64,000 bases of DNA from Eledone cirrhosa (Eukaryota). A program made the translations under genes and the position numbers. The stretch spans positions 71,052,001 to 71,116,000 of the forward strand of contig OZ024746.1 in the NCBI GenBank assembly GCA_964016885.1. The letters run 5' to 3'. Below the pieces are notes generated by a model, which searched no databases, was not told where the DNA came from, and saw only the letters and a list, made by a program, of their open reading frames with translations. Position 1 is the first letter of the stretch, and the number at the start of each line of letters is the position of its first letter. Positions 41,912 to 55,900 of this stretch are shown here, piece by piece.

Positions 41912-42839
41912 ATATTGTTATATTTGGGGAGGGTCATATTTGCGTAATATTGCCAGAATTAATAACAGAACACACTCACTGTTTGGTTGGTTTTCGCTTC
42001 TCGCTGTCTTTTATATATATATATCTGCGATCTAACTTACTCGGTCCTCAATGTTGCCATTGACTGACCGGTGGTCAAAAATAAAATAATACAGATACAA
42101 TATAGACAAACACATATATATATAGTTTACATAAATCTTTCGTTGCACATCTGCAACATCGTCAGTGGTGTTATATTCATTGTTCCTCCTGTTGTGTTGT
42201 ATGTCTACGCCATTTTTTTTGTTCAGTCCGTCTATATATTTATTTATTTGTTTGCTTGTTTGTTTATCTTATTTTATTTTGTCTTCTTTGCGCATGCGTT
42301 TGCGTGTGTGATGTGTGACTAGTGTGTATAGTGTTGTGTCTGCTGGGTGACTAGTGTGTGTTTATGTGCTTGTGTATGTATTTATTTATCTTATTTTATT
42401 TAATTTAATTTACTTATTTATTTATACTTCTCTTAGGTCAGTGTTGTTTGTTTGCATGCGCAAAGAAGACAAAATAAAATAAGATAAACAAACAAGCAAA
42501 CAAATAAATAAATATATAGACGGACTGAACAAAAAAAATGGCGTAGACATACAACACAACAGGAGGAACAATGAATATAACACCACTGACGATGTTGCAG
42601 ATGTGCAACGAAAGATTTATGTAAACTATATATATATGTGTTTGTCTATATTGTATCTGTATTATTTTATTTTTGACCACCGGTCAGTCAATGGCAACAT
42701 TGAGGACCGAGTAAGTTAGATCGCAGATATATATATATAAAAGACAGCGAGAAGCGAAAACCAACCAAACAGTGAGTGTGTTCTGTTATTAATTCTGGCA
42801 ATATTACGCAAATATGACCCTCCCCAAATATAACAATAT
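41912..42839. mobile_element. inverted repeat with 386-bp arms (Penelope-like pLTR pair) carrying hammerheads
   Basis: Arms 41912-42297 and 42454-42839, 156-bp spacer; CUGACGA U GUUGCA GAUG UGCAAC GAAA GAUU UA at about 42581-42622 (+), mirror at about 42129-42170 (-). Confidence 0.75.
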
Positions 42840-42931
42840 ATATAATATATATATATATATATTATATATAATATATATATATATATATTATATATATATA
42901 TATATTATATATAATATATATATATATATAT

Positions 42932-43020
<89 letters not shown>

Positions 43021-43054
43021 TATATTATATATATATATATTTAATATAAAAATA

Positions 43055-43103
43055 GCTTCTACAGGACTAGAACTGTTTCATTCGGGAGAAATCATCAGGA
43101 AGC
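43055..43103 (-). ncRNA. type I hammerhead motif (identical core at 58546-58596 +)
   Basis: GCUUC CUGAUGA UUUCUCCCGAAU GAAA CAG..CUG UA GAAGC. Confidence 0.7.
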
Positions 43104-43143
43104 CTTACTTACTGTGGTTACTCCCGATTGAACCCGGGATAAA

Positions 43144-43214
<71 letters not shown>

Positions 43215-43350
43215 AACGTAAAATAAGAAAATTATAGTAGTTAGCTTACTTACTTAAATTTCACTCCAACTAATTCTCTTCCATCCACTGAATATATGTT
43301 TGTATAAGTTCCCTGTGTCCACGCATCGCTAGGTATCTTAGCTGAGAATG

Positions 43351-43422
43351 ACTCCCTGATGACGAAAAGGTTTCTCCGTGTTCTACATGTATATTCCCTT
43401 TCAGAAACTAATTAGTTGGAGT
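43351..43422 (+). ncRNA. minimal hammerhead within inverted repeat 43206-43479
   Basis: ACUCC CUGAUGA..GAAA CUAAUUAG UU GGAGU. Confidence 0.65.
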
Positions 43423-44273
43423 GAAATTTAAGTAAGTAAGCTAATTACTATAATTTTCTTATTTTACGTTTTTCATATAATTGTTCTGCATCCCCTTGCA
43501 TTGATCCACAAAGTTACTAAGACAAAACCTATATATTTGCTTGCATAGGTATACATCTGTATATATATGTTGGTAGATATACTAATTCTTTATTTATATA
43601 TATATATATAACCGGTGGGGGGGGGGGGCAGAACGAAAACTTGTTGACGAAGTAAATTCCACTCTTCTATCTTCCAAAAAACCAATTAACTTGCAGGCCC
43701 CTGCAAATGGATATTGTTGTTGATTTCGGATTTACAGAAACCTAGTGGAAATATTATGTAATATCTCCACGATGGTCAAGGTAATTGTCAAAATTTTCCT
43801 GAGTTGGTTTTTTCGTTTTCTGGTCCTAGCGGCTCGCTTGCCGGTTGCTGTCTTCAATTTGCATAGCTGTCTAAACGTAATGTTATAACTCTAAGGTAAA
43901 ATTTCTTATTGAGTGCTTTAACTGCACTTTCCGACTGCATTCGTGAGCTTGCCTGCAGCCAGAGCTTCGATTATACTTTACTACCTTCTTGTATATATAT
44001 ATAATTCAAATTCAAAAGATATATTTAGAGACAGAGATAGAAATTGAGATGGGGGGTTTGTAGTTTTTCTCAAAGATGTGAGAAAAAGCACAAACCCTCC
44101 ATCTTAATTCTACTTTTGAAAAGCACAAGAACTGCGAAACCGGTAAAGGAACCAAATAAATATATTAAAAAAAAAAGACTCCAGTTGCATTTTCGATTTC
44201 ATCTTTTTTCCTTATACTTTCACTCGTGTAGGACACCTATTTTTATTTCATTTTGTAAAAAAAAACCCCTCAC

Positions 44274-44304
<31 letters not shown>

Positions 44305-44629
44305 GTAAAAGAATGAAGAATAACATGGTCGGCTGTACAAAGGGGTTTATTTACAGTATTAACAATTGTTTCTTTAATCAGGTGAGTCTAAAAGCCGCCG
44401 ATCGTTAGAAGTTACGTCACTCGACCATACTTACAGTCCATACCCGTTCAAATCGTCAGAATACCGGTGCGTATATAACGCAGGGCACTGGTATTTATAG
44501 ATACATCGTAGAATAACATAAATGAAAAAAACAATAATAATAATAATAATAATGTTACTGATAATAATAGTAGTAGTGGTAGTAGTCATAGTTGTAATGG
44601 TGAGTAGATAGTAATGACAGTAACAATAA

Positions 44630-44818
44630 TAATTGTTTCTTCTTTTGGCACAAGGCCAGCAATTATCCCAGTACATGACTGGTGCTTTATTTTATCGACC
44701 AGGTAAGGATGAAAGGCAAAGTTAACCTCGATGGGATTTGAACTCAGATCATAAAGGACCGTAGCTCTATGCTGGAAAGCATGGCGTCCAACCCTCCACC
44801 GATACTGCCAATCCACCG
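44630..44818 (-). mobile_element. main-family SINE with TSD CAATAATAATT
   Basis: Family match and flanking direct repeat. Confidence 0.88.
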
Positions 44819-44859
44819 CACAATAATAATTACATGACAATAATAATAACAATAATAAT

Positions 44860-47800
44860 GATTTCATTTATTGGCTACAAGGGCCTATATATAGGGGACA
44901 ATACAAAAGACTGGGACAGTGGGGGTTTACATATACAACGTGTAAATAATATAAATAACAATAACAAAGTAACAAGAAAATACAAGAAGACCTATTGGGG
45001 AATTTTTCTTGTATTTTCTTTTTACTTTGTTATTGTTATTTATATTGTTTACACGTTGTATATGAGAGGGAAACCTTGACGGACCGATCGGGAGATCTGA
45101 AATGGTTCCGAGAGGTGGCCATTAACTTTGACCACCGAGCAGATGCTGCAGTGCATTGCAGTGATCCAGCTTCTGAAGACGGGGCAGAAGCTAGCCGCCT
45201 TGAGGACAACCTCCAGGTACCGATGGTCGACCCTATAGAATGCTTTCGATTGATTTAAATTGATCAGAGCCCCACTGAAGCCAGGTTTACACCCTACCCT
45301 CTCTATGATGTATCGCATCAGGTGGAGGTTGTCGTGTATGGACCTGGTTGGGATTGCGCAAGTTTGCGCCTCCCCAACCAAATCCTCGACGACAAGCGCT
45401 GACCTCTTCGCTAACACCTTGGTCAAAATCTTAAACCCTGTGTTGAGCAAAGTTATGGGCCTGAAATTATCTGTGTCCCTCTTGTTCTCGTCTTTCCTTA
45501 TCAGCGTCACTACGCCCCGGCTCACAGAACTGGGAATACGGGTTTTATTACCACGCTACGCCTCTGCCACGCGGGCCCATCGAACAGCTTTGGTTCCCTC
45601 GTTTCTCAGAGCACGCGCCTTAGCTCTGACAATGCAACCTTCGTGTTTCGCATTGAAGAAATGATCTAATGCCATTCTCGCCGCTAGCACGTCAGTTGCA
45701 ATGCCACTACCAATAGCCTCGTCTAACTTATCTACCAGCTCCTCCTCCTTTCCATTTTTCTTTAACGCTACTTCTTTGCTAAACCCTTTTGACATTACTC
45801 TAATCTCTCTTTTGAGAGCCCCCCCCCCCCCACCATCTATTGTTGACGACTCCCCCTGTCAACTTTTTCTTAATTAAATTGTAAGCCTTACGTGTCGGAA
45901 ACAACATGTTCAGCTTCCAGTAACCAGGTTCTAACCTACGCGTCTTATCTGGGGTAACCATACAGATCACAAACTTGTGATCTGAATAGGCGACCGTATG
46001 TAATCGTGGACACCCTATACTATCCTTATCCCCTAATCTAATTAGAAACCTATCTAAGTACAATCTAGATGTCCCTAAACGAATTGTCCAGGTCCACACT
46101 GGCGCATTAGGGAAATCTAATCGGTACCTGTCAGACAGTTAGAACTGGCTGATCAGGTACTTGAGGCTTTTGCACACCCCACTCCTATCGGATACTCCCA
46201 CACTGTACCAGCGTGCGTCTAAGATGCCGTTCCAGTCCCCCCCCCCGCTAACAGTAAAGGGAGAGACATACCCAGAAAGGCTTCCAAGCGGCTAAAGAAA
46301 TCCGGCCGTCCTGCCCCGGTAGGGGCGTAGACGGCCACCAGTCTAAAGGCACCACCTTCGCTATTGTTCACGTCCAGGACTACCAACGTACCGTCTGGGT
46401 CCCGGAAGATCGACCTTACCTCGAGATCCAGGCTTTTCCTAAACAGCACTACCACCCCACCTCCCATTCCCGGCCGACTAACAGATGCGAAGATTTGATA
46501 CTCGTCGAAAATAAGAGCTAGTGCACGCGTGTCGGAAATCTTGGTCTTGCTGACGGCAATTACATTCATTTGTAGAGACCCGAGGTCGTTGAGCAGGTGA
46601 CCCTGCTTCCAGGACGATCCCAGGCCTCGAACATTTAAACATCCTACTCTTAATATGGCCATGTTGGCAGGCTAAAAGAGAGAGGAAAGGTTTACTTAAC
46701 TCCCGTGCTCTTGTGAAGGTCGGGTGGTTCGACCTCCATAGTTGGTGGGGTTTCTTTGAGGAACCCCTTTAAAAGCCTACTTGAGGCTTTTACACTGGGT
46801 GTTCCCACGTCGTTGAGGAAGCCCTCCCTAATTGTTTTATAATTGGTTAGTGCCATTCGCGCCAGTAAAAGTGTTTGTGGCACCTTGAAGGTGCAGTTGT
46901 TAAACGCCTCCCCCTCTTTCTCTATTTCCTTGCTTCGTGTTATGAGGTTCAGTACTTTTGTGTTCGATTTCCTCACTAACACGAAGTTAGGTGTTGTTGT
47001 GGTTGTAAGTTGTTGCTGTGTACGTTTTCTTTTAGGTGTTTGTGTTAGTGGTAGTGTTGTTGGTGGTGGAGATGGTGTTTGTATTGACGGTTGTTTTTGC
47101 GGGGAGGGTGTTGTAGTATGTGTGTCTGTGTTTGGTGTGAATGTGTCTTTTTTGTTTGCTGTTTGTGTTGGTGTGTGAGATTTCTTCTTGTGTTTTCTTT
47201 TTTGTTTTTTTTGGCTTTTGGTGTTCCTCCTCATCTTCGCTCAGTGATTAAAAGGTTTCTGTGTTTGTGTCAGATGTAAGTGGGAGTGCGTGTATGGGTG
47301 TGTGTGTTTCAATGTGTGTGTGTGTTCGAGAGTGAGGGAGCGGGAGAACTTCTTTGGAGTGGCCCCTGGGTGGTCTTGGTTGTCTTTGCAGTTGTTGTTG
47401 GTTCTGCTGGTGTTGCTGCTGCAGAATTTGTTGTCGGTGTTGTTATTTCACGATGAAGTCCCGGTGTCGGCAGCAGCGGAGACTTTTGACCACTTGCATT
47501 TTTCAACAGTAAATGCAGAAGGCTCGCAAGTGTGTTGTTTCGCCGCAACTGAAACAGTGCGGCCTTTTGACTTCAGCCATCACTTGTAGAGCCGTCCCGT
47601 TTTGGAGGCGGATCTGCTCCGGGATTTTCTTTATTTCTTCAGGTTTGATCTGGAGATACTTCTCCAGATCAACCCCGGACCGGTCCTCTCTTCCCGTCCT
47701 GGTTACCTCTATTGGGACGGCATCTGACCCCTCCACAATCACGCATCCCAAGAGCCACCACATATCTAGTCCAGGTGGAATCCTGGGAATGCGGACTCTA

Positions 47801-48897
47801 ATTGTTCTTTTTCCCTTGCTGGTTTTGAAAGGGGTCGTCGAGTGCTTCAAAGCGAGGGCCTCCGACTTAAACAGCACCGAGATGGTGCCGTATTGTTGAC
47901 CCCTCACTACGTACTCTGTATCTCCTCTGATGCACCTCAGCGCAGCCTCGACGTCTGCTTGGGGAGAGTTTGTGGCTCTTTTCGTCTCAGCTGAGATGCA
48001 TCTGAAGACCAGAGTTCTCATCTCCACCGCTTCTATGGCCTCTACCGGGACAGTTAAGTTGGCCCAGGTTTGCTCCTGTTTGATGAGCTTCCATGCCTGG
48101 GCCAACTTTGTTTCCTTGTTTGTCAAGTCCATGTTGAAGCATGGCCCTTTCTTGGCTTTTGCTGCAGCGAAAGTGTTCTTGTTGCTGTCGTTCTTGTTGG
48201 TGTTGTTGCTGTTATCACTGTTACAGTTAGTTATATCTTTGGTGCTGTCGCCATTTATGTTCTGGTTACTGGTGTTAATTTCGTTGTTGTTTTCCTTGAT
48301 ATTGTTGCTGCTGCTATTGTTATTGTTGCTGTTTCTGTTGTTGTGGCTGTCACTGTTGTTGGTATTGTTGTCTTTGTTGTCGTTCTTTCTGTTGTTGGTG
48401 TTGTTGTCATTATTGCAGTTGTTGTTGGTTTTGATGTCGTTGTTGTTGGTGCTGTTGTCGTTCTTGTTCACGACTGTTTTTCTTTTTACTGTTTTTGGTA
48501 ATGTCGCTGTTGATGGTGTTGTCATTTTTGTTTTCACTGTTGTTGGTGCTGGTGTTGGCGATACTGCCTGATGTGTTGTTTCATTTTAAAATTGTTGCTG
48601 GAGGGGCAGCGTTATTAATCTCAAAGTTTGTCTCGCTGTCGCAAGACAACAAAGTCAAAGTTAGCGGGCATGCCTCCGCCATCTTTTTTTTTTTTGATAA
48701 AAATTTTCTTTTAAACACACAAAGTTTAAATATTTGGGCCAAAAGGCCCAAATATTATGGGGAGTCCTTTCTTGGGGGCAAAGACTAAAGTCTTATTTCC
48801 TGTTTGAAACAAAACTATTAATGACAAACGTATTTCAAACTGTTGAGCAAAACAAACTTACGAGTTCACGATAGTACGTCCATTCGCTTCAACGACC
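44860..48897 (-). mobile_element. second Tx1-clade LINE, internally deleted and decayed
   Basis: ORF1 with CFSCGETTHLRAFC; ORF2 pieces MAILRVGCLNVRGL, YSDHK and FRPITLLN...RQGFPL, then a jump to the 3' UTR; both ends in (AAT)n. Confidence 0.9.
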
Positions 48898-48905
48898 AAT
48901 AATAA

Positions 48906-49069
48906 TAATTGTTTCTACTTTTGGCACAAGGTCAGCAATTACCCAGTACATTACTGGTACTTTATTTTATCGACCCCGTAAGGATGAAAGGCAAAGTTAA
49001 CCTCGGCAGGATTTGAACTCTATGCGCCAAAGCATGACGTCCGACCCTCTACCGATACTGCCAATCCAC
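48906..49069 (-). mobile_element. SINE inserted at the Tx1 5' end
   Basis: TSD ACGACCAATAATAATAAT. Confidence 0.85.
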
Positions 49070-49688
49070 GACCAATAATAATAATAACATGAAAAACGTG
49101 GGGGAAGAAATAATGTGCTAGGCGAAATACTTGTCAGTCGTAGACTGGTGTATTGGCGCCATTCTAATATAGGGGATTAAATTCATGAATGGGTGAAATA
49201 AAGAATAACAAGTGAAAAAAAATAATAAATGATAAAAATAAAAAGTAAAAGATAAAGAATAGGAGATAAAAATAAAGAATAAGGAGTAGAAAACAAAATA
49301 AAAAATAAAAATAAAAATCAGAAAACGATAAATAAATAAATAGAGAATAAAACGTAATAGAGACAATGATAACATATAGGTGATTAAGGTTGAGGTAATT
49401 TGAATGTTTTAATTAATGGAGGTGATTACCTTAAACGATATCTTGCCACAGTCGGGATGGGTAGCAGTAAACTATGGTACAGGCCTAAGTGGGTCATTGT
49501 TTGGCTGAGAGGGTGAAGTGACTAAGCGAATTTCGTCAACTTCCTTCGGACATGCGCCTGCGCAGACTGGTGGGGGTGAATTGGTACTCACAGAGGAACG
49601 GATGAAGAACCCAAAAGCACACACTTTGTCCGTTCCCATGTCGATTCAATTTGGATTGCCTCGGAAACATAACCTTATTATGTAACAA

Positions 49689-49762
49689 GCTGTCTGATGA
49701 TGTCACAACACTCGCACACAGAACAGTGTGGCCAGTGTCGTCATTGAAATATATATCACAGC
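49689..49762 (+). ncRNA. minimal hammerhead motif
   Basis: GCUGU CUGAUGA long imperfect stem II GAAA UAUAUA UC ACAGC. Confidence 0.65.
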
Positions 49763-49889
49763 ATTATTATTAAAGGACTTGAACATCTGAAACTACTTCG
49801 CTTTTCCTTATTCGATATTTACTCCGTCACTCCTATGTGGAATAAGTACGTTGAGTGCTTGAATTGAATTGCATCAATATTTACCCTAA

Positions 49890-49927
<38 letters not shown>

Positions 49928-49960
49928 TTAATATAGATGAGATTCTACAGGACTAGAACT

Positions 49961-49997
<37 letters not shown>

Positions 49998-50185
49998 GAG
50001 TGAAAGAAACCACTATTATATATATATATTGGCTATAACACACACACACACTTCATTCTCCTTTGATATTTGATATTGGCTATAATAAACGCATTTTATT
50101 CTATTTTATTCATTTATTTATTTTTTTTTTTACCTCTTCATTTTATTGTATCGTATCTTATTATTTTATTATTTATTTTATCTTA

Positions 50186-50628
50186 GGTGGTGGATTGGCA
50201 GTATCGGTAGAGGTTCGGACGCCATGCTTTCCAGCATAGTTACGTCCCTTTACGATCTGAGTTCAAATCCCGCCGAGGTTAACTTTGCCTTTCATCCTTA
50301 CAGGGTCGATAAAATAAAGTACCAGTAATGAACTGGATAATTGCTGGCCTTGTGCCTAAAGTAGAAACAATTATTTATTTTATCTTATTTTTTTATATTT
50401 TATTTCTTCATTTTACCTTATCTTATTCCATTATCTGTTTGGTGGATTGGCAGTATTGGTAGAGGGTCGGACGTCATGCTTTGACGCATAGAATTACGGC
50501 CCTTTCCATTCTGAGTTCAAATCCCGCCGAGGTCAACTTTGCCTTTCATCCTTACGGGGTCGATAAAATAAAGTACCAGTAATATACTAGGTAATTGTTG
50601 GCCTTGTGCCAAAAGTAGATACAATTAT
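50186..50628 (+). mobile_element. two main-family SINE copies
   Basis: 50186-50373 and 50441-50628. Confidence 0.88.
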
Positions 50629-51032
50629 CTGTTTGGCACCCCCCACCACGTGAAAGGGTGGTAGGATTGATGCCAACCCCAACACACTCATTCTTCTAAA
50701 GACATCAGCAGTAGAACTAAGGCTGACCTGCCAGCTGACCCCTAACACCAATAAACACAAGGGAGGAGGTCAGCTGTACTTAACAAAAACAACCACAACA
50801 GATTGTCTTGCCCCGGAAAAAAATTTCTATAGACTTTTGACTGAGGAATGTTCTCACAACTGACCAATGGGAGGAGAGAGTGTCCTATGATGCCGAAATT
50901 CGTTTGTTCGAATTCATATGATTCCAGTTCCTCAGAGAAATAACAACCCAACCAGGAGCTGGACATATCGGAGTATTGACGGAGTAAAACACTTTAACAA
51001 CATGTGTACCTGTCTCTACCACACCAATTCGA

Positions 51033-51087
51033 ACTGCCTGAAGAGGTCACAGCCAATGATGGCTGTCACCGAAATATATATAGCAGT
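51033..51087 (+). ncRNA. well-preserved minimal hammerhead ribozyme
   Basis: ACUGC CUGAAGA GGUCACAGCCA AUGA UGGCUGUCACC GAAA UAUAUA UA GCAGU. Confidence 0.8.
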
Positions 51088-51157
51088 ACATCTTTAATAA
51101 ACGAAGCCAAATCTTAAATATTTGACTTAATTACTTTATTTTATATATATATGTATA

Positions 51158-51235
51158 CAGGGTGTCCTCAAAAATGTATACACACTTCAAGAGCATTCTA
51201 ATAAATATGTGTATACATTTTTTTATGACACCCTG
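51158..51235. mobile_element. tiny Tc1/mariner-type MITE
   Basis: TA-CAGGGTGTC..AAAAATGTATACAC / GTGTATACATTTTT..GACACCCTG-TA. Confidence 0.75.
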
Positions 51236-51312
51236 TAAATATATATATATATATAAATGGAAAAAATGAAACGAAATTTCATTTCTCACTCACTCTTAGT
51301 ACGGCTGTTACT

Positions 51313-51933
51313 TAAATATAAGTATGTATACGCACATACATATATGTATACAGACGTACAGTAGTATGTATATATATATACATACATGCACACATATATA
51401 TATGTACGTATAGATTTACCGAGCATTTATTATAATGCTCGGTTTGTTTGTAAACAAACATCCCGAATTAAGCCGTACAGTGTTTAGCAACCATCGTTGC
51501 CCTTTTGTTCAACACTCACAAAGGAACGATGTACTAGTTTCAAGCTTATTAGCTATCGTCAGCACCGTATACCTTCCTGCCAGATGATTGAAAGTCTGAA
51601 AGTATATACTTTCCTTATGCATATTAACGTTAATATGCATAAGGAAAGTATATACTTTCAGACTTTCAATCATCTGGCAGGAAGGTATACGGTGCTGACG
51701 ATAGCTAATAAGCTTGAAACTAGTAAATAGTTCCTTTGTCAGTGTTGAACAAAGGGGGAACGATGGTTGCTAAACACTGTACGGCTTAATTCGGGATGTT
51801 TGTTTACAAACAAACCGAGCATTATAATAAATGCTCGGTAAATCATATATATATGTGTGCATGTATATATATATATACATACTACTGTACGTCTGTATAC
51901 ATATATGTATGTGCGTATACATACTTATATTTA
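51313..51933. mobile_element. spacer-less palindrome of about 620 bp with a hammerhead on each arm
   Basis: Centre 51628/51629; ACGGUG CUGACGA UAGCU AAUA AGCUU GAAA CUAG UA CAUCGU at 51526-51568 (-); mutated mirror at about 51689-51731. Confidence 0.78.
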
Positions 51934-52884
51934 TATATATATATATATATATTGGAAAAGTAAATAACAACAACGAGTGCAGTTACGAAAGGTGTTTGTT
52001 ATTAGGTTCACACTTGAGAGTGGGGGGTATATATTTATGTATTCATTAAATTGGTGTTTAAGTGTTTGTGCGTGTGTCTGAATGTATAAGATACATTTAA
52101 TGTTGCTGTAACATTAAGTTATAATTTGAAAAAGAAACAAATAACGATTGTTATTCTCTTCGTACACAGAAAAACGTGGAAGAAGCGATTGCCTTTGCGT
52201 GTGCGATGTATTTGATTATCTTGGTCATCAACCGATTGAACATTGCAGTAACTTCATCGTTTGTTTAATTATAGCTAATCTCAAATGAATGTAAATATGT
52301 TAGAAATTAGATATCTATTTGCACATAAAAAAAAAAAAAGTATTTCAAAGTTACTAATTATTTTTAAAAACAAGAAATGAAGCGTAGTGTTGAGGATGGG
52401 CTGTGCTCCGCTCGTCTCTGACATCATAGGCCATTTCTTTCGGTTTGGAAAAGAGTTACAAGTCTTGAAACATCATCAAATATAAAGTAAAATTGTAAAT
52501 TTTTTATTATTTTTTTTACTTTACTCTAGTTTTCATTCTTGTATTTTCAATTTGCATTACACTGGCTTTACCCAAACAATTCTAACAACGTATCTATCTT
52601 ACAATGCTTCATATAAACTATACTATTTTGATCTCACGCGCCTGCTAGATTGAATTGACTATCCTGTTGAAAATATTTAGCCATTCTTCGAAAAAGGGAT
52701 GGAACACCGAAATATAAGATATAAATTAGTAGTGTAAAATGTTTTGTTTGTTTTACTTTATTATAGTTTTTCTTGTATTTTTAACTTGCATTGTACTGGT
52801 TTCTCCCAAACAATCCTAACCACATATGTCAATGATTTATTTAAACTCTACTAAAATGTTATATTATTGTTTCTACAGATGGCA

Positions 52885-53915
52885 GGTGGATTGGCAGTAT
52901 CGGTAGAGGGTCGGACGTCATGCTTTCCAGCATAGTTACGTCCCTTTACGATCTGAGTTCAAATCCAGCCGAGGTTAACTTTGCCTTTCATCCTTACGGG
53001 GTCGATAAAATAAAGTACCAGTAATGCACTGGGTAATTTCTGGCCTTGTGCTAATAGTAGAAACAATTATTGTTTCTACAGATCTTAAATTATCAGTTAA
53101 GGATGGGTTTACACTGGTTTTTGTAGGACACGGTCACTACATTTACGTTGCTGCTGTTGTTGTTATTATCATTAGGGCGGTAGATTGGCAGTATCGGTAG
53201 AGCGTCGGACACCATGCTTTGCAGCATAGAGTTTACGATCTGAGTTCAAATTCCACTGAGATTAACTTTGCCTTTCATCCTTACGGGGTCGACAAAATAA
53301 AGTACCAGTAATGCACTGGGATAATTTCTGGCCTTGTGCCAAAAGTAGAAACTGTTATTATTCAATGGGGCTCTAGACACGGTCTCTAAACGCTTTACGT
53401 CTTTTATCAAAAGACTTGGGATCCCTGACTTCATAGGCAGTGCTCAAATGTCTACCATCAGCAGTACTGTTAGAGTCCTGCGCGATATATGAACCCCTGA
53501 GACCAGTGATCTGAGGCCAATTAACACTTCATATAGCAACCGATTGCGAGAGAAACCATACAAAAAGAAAAAAAAAATCATTATTAAGGTTGCCCGAGCG
53601 GTGAATTGGCAGTATAGGTAGAGGGTCGGACGCCATGCTTTGTAGCATAGAGTTATGACCCTTTATGATCTGATTTCAAATCACGCCGAGGTTAACTTTG
53701 CTTTTCATCCTTACGGGGTCGATAAAATAAAGTACCAGTCACGCACTAGGGTTGATTTATTCGACTTTCCTCTCCCCCAAAATTGATGGCCCTGTACCTA
53801 TATAAGAAACCATTGTTAAGGTTGCCCTTTCATCCTTACAGGGGTCGATAAAATAAAGTACCAGTAAAGTACTGGTTAATTGCTGGCCTTGTGCCAAAAG
53901 TAGAAACAATTATTA
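52885..53915 (+). mobile_element. cluster of main-family SINEs
   Basis: 52885-53070 (TSD ATTATTGTTTCTACAGAT), 53175-53360, 53597-53815, 53824-53915. Confidence 0.85.
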
Positions 53916-53924
53916 AGGTTGCCC

Positions 53925-54350
53925 TCTCCCCTCTCGTCGCTTTTGTATGTATTGACTCTAGAGCCCTTAACTTCTTCAGGATTCACTTGAAAAGGAAAAT
54001 CAGGGTAGAGAGAGAAGTCCTGCTTTCCAACCAGTTTGTTGAAAGGTCAGTGAGAATGGCGAGTATGGTCCGAGTGGATGGGTCTGCCTTGAGTATACGC
54101 ATGTAGACTGTAAATCAACTGGGATGGGGAACTTGCTCTAGCGGTGACCGTAGCATGTTGTGGGCTTTCTCCACGAGTGACCCTCGGAGACTCCGCCCTT
54201 TTAGGGAATTTGTTGTTTGATTTTTAAAAATGTTTATTTTTTTAGTCTCTGTTATAATTTTTATCTTATATGAAAAAGCCCCACACTGTACTGTTCTATG
54301 CCGTCTTTAATGTTTTCTTAATGTCAGCCCTGTGTGGCTAATAAAGAAAT
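53925..54350 (+). mobile_element. Tx1 3' fragment, followed by a SINE (54361-54565)
   Basis: ALNFFRIHLKRKIRVEREVL matches the ORF2 C-terminus; 3' UTR ends AATAAAGAAATTATTATT. Confidence 0.85.
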
Positions 54351-55175
54351 TATTATTATTAAATTGGCAGTGCCGGACAACATGCTTTGAGGCATAGAGT
54401 TACGGCCCATTACAGTCTGAGTTCAAATCCTACCGAGGTTAGCTTTGCCTTTCATCTTATGGAGACGATAAAATAAAGTATCAGTAACGCTCTGGGGTCG
54501 ATTTAAACGACTTTCCCCTCTCCCAAAATTGCTGGCCTTGTGCCTAAATCAGAAACCATTATTATTTTCCTTGGGTATCTGTATATTCACATACACCCCA
54601 CCGGGCCTCAACCAGAGGCGGGTGATGGTTTGTTATGACACATTTTTCAACTCCAAAGTTTGTTTACATACATTGTTTGTTACAAATAGAAACAATTATT
54701 ATTAAACCTTTTAAAGAACCACTTGAAGAGGAAAACAAGGGAGGTTCTGCTATCTAGTATATTTCACAATGGGTGGCTGAGGGCGACGAGAATAACGAGG
54801 TTGATTTGGCCTACTTTGACTGCGCTTTTCTGAGACAGGAGGAAAAGAAACTGAGAGAAAAGACTTTCAATGTATTCGTGATACTGAGTAATCCGGAACT
54901 TTGTGTGGAGTTTTCGCCTCAAATTACTCTAGGGAGCTTTTCTCTATACTAGGGATTGTTTCTTGTAAGATATTTATTGCTAAGTTTATTGTTTTTGGTA
55001 ATTTTGGCTCTTTTTACTCAATGTAAAGGGATGAAACTATACGTCGCAAAACATGTTATCCGATGCTCTACCGATATTGCCAATCCACCACCCTTACAAT
55101 AATAATTTCTTTTATTGGTCATAAGCTAGGTAACACAGGTATCGTTTTGAAACTTTCAATTATTTTGTGTTATTT

Positions 55176-55819
<644 letters not shown>

Positions 55820-55900
55820 CATATATATATATGTATATATATATATATATGTATATGCATATATATACATATATATATATATGTATATATATATATACAT

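Noticed and set aside
42071-42680. Two identical ORFs on opposite strands
   Set aside because: By-product of the inverted repeat; low-complexity, non-ATG start
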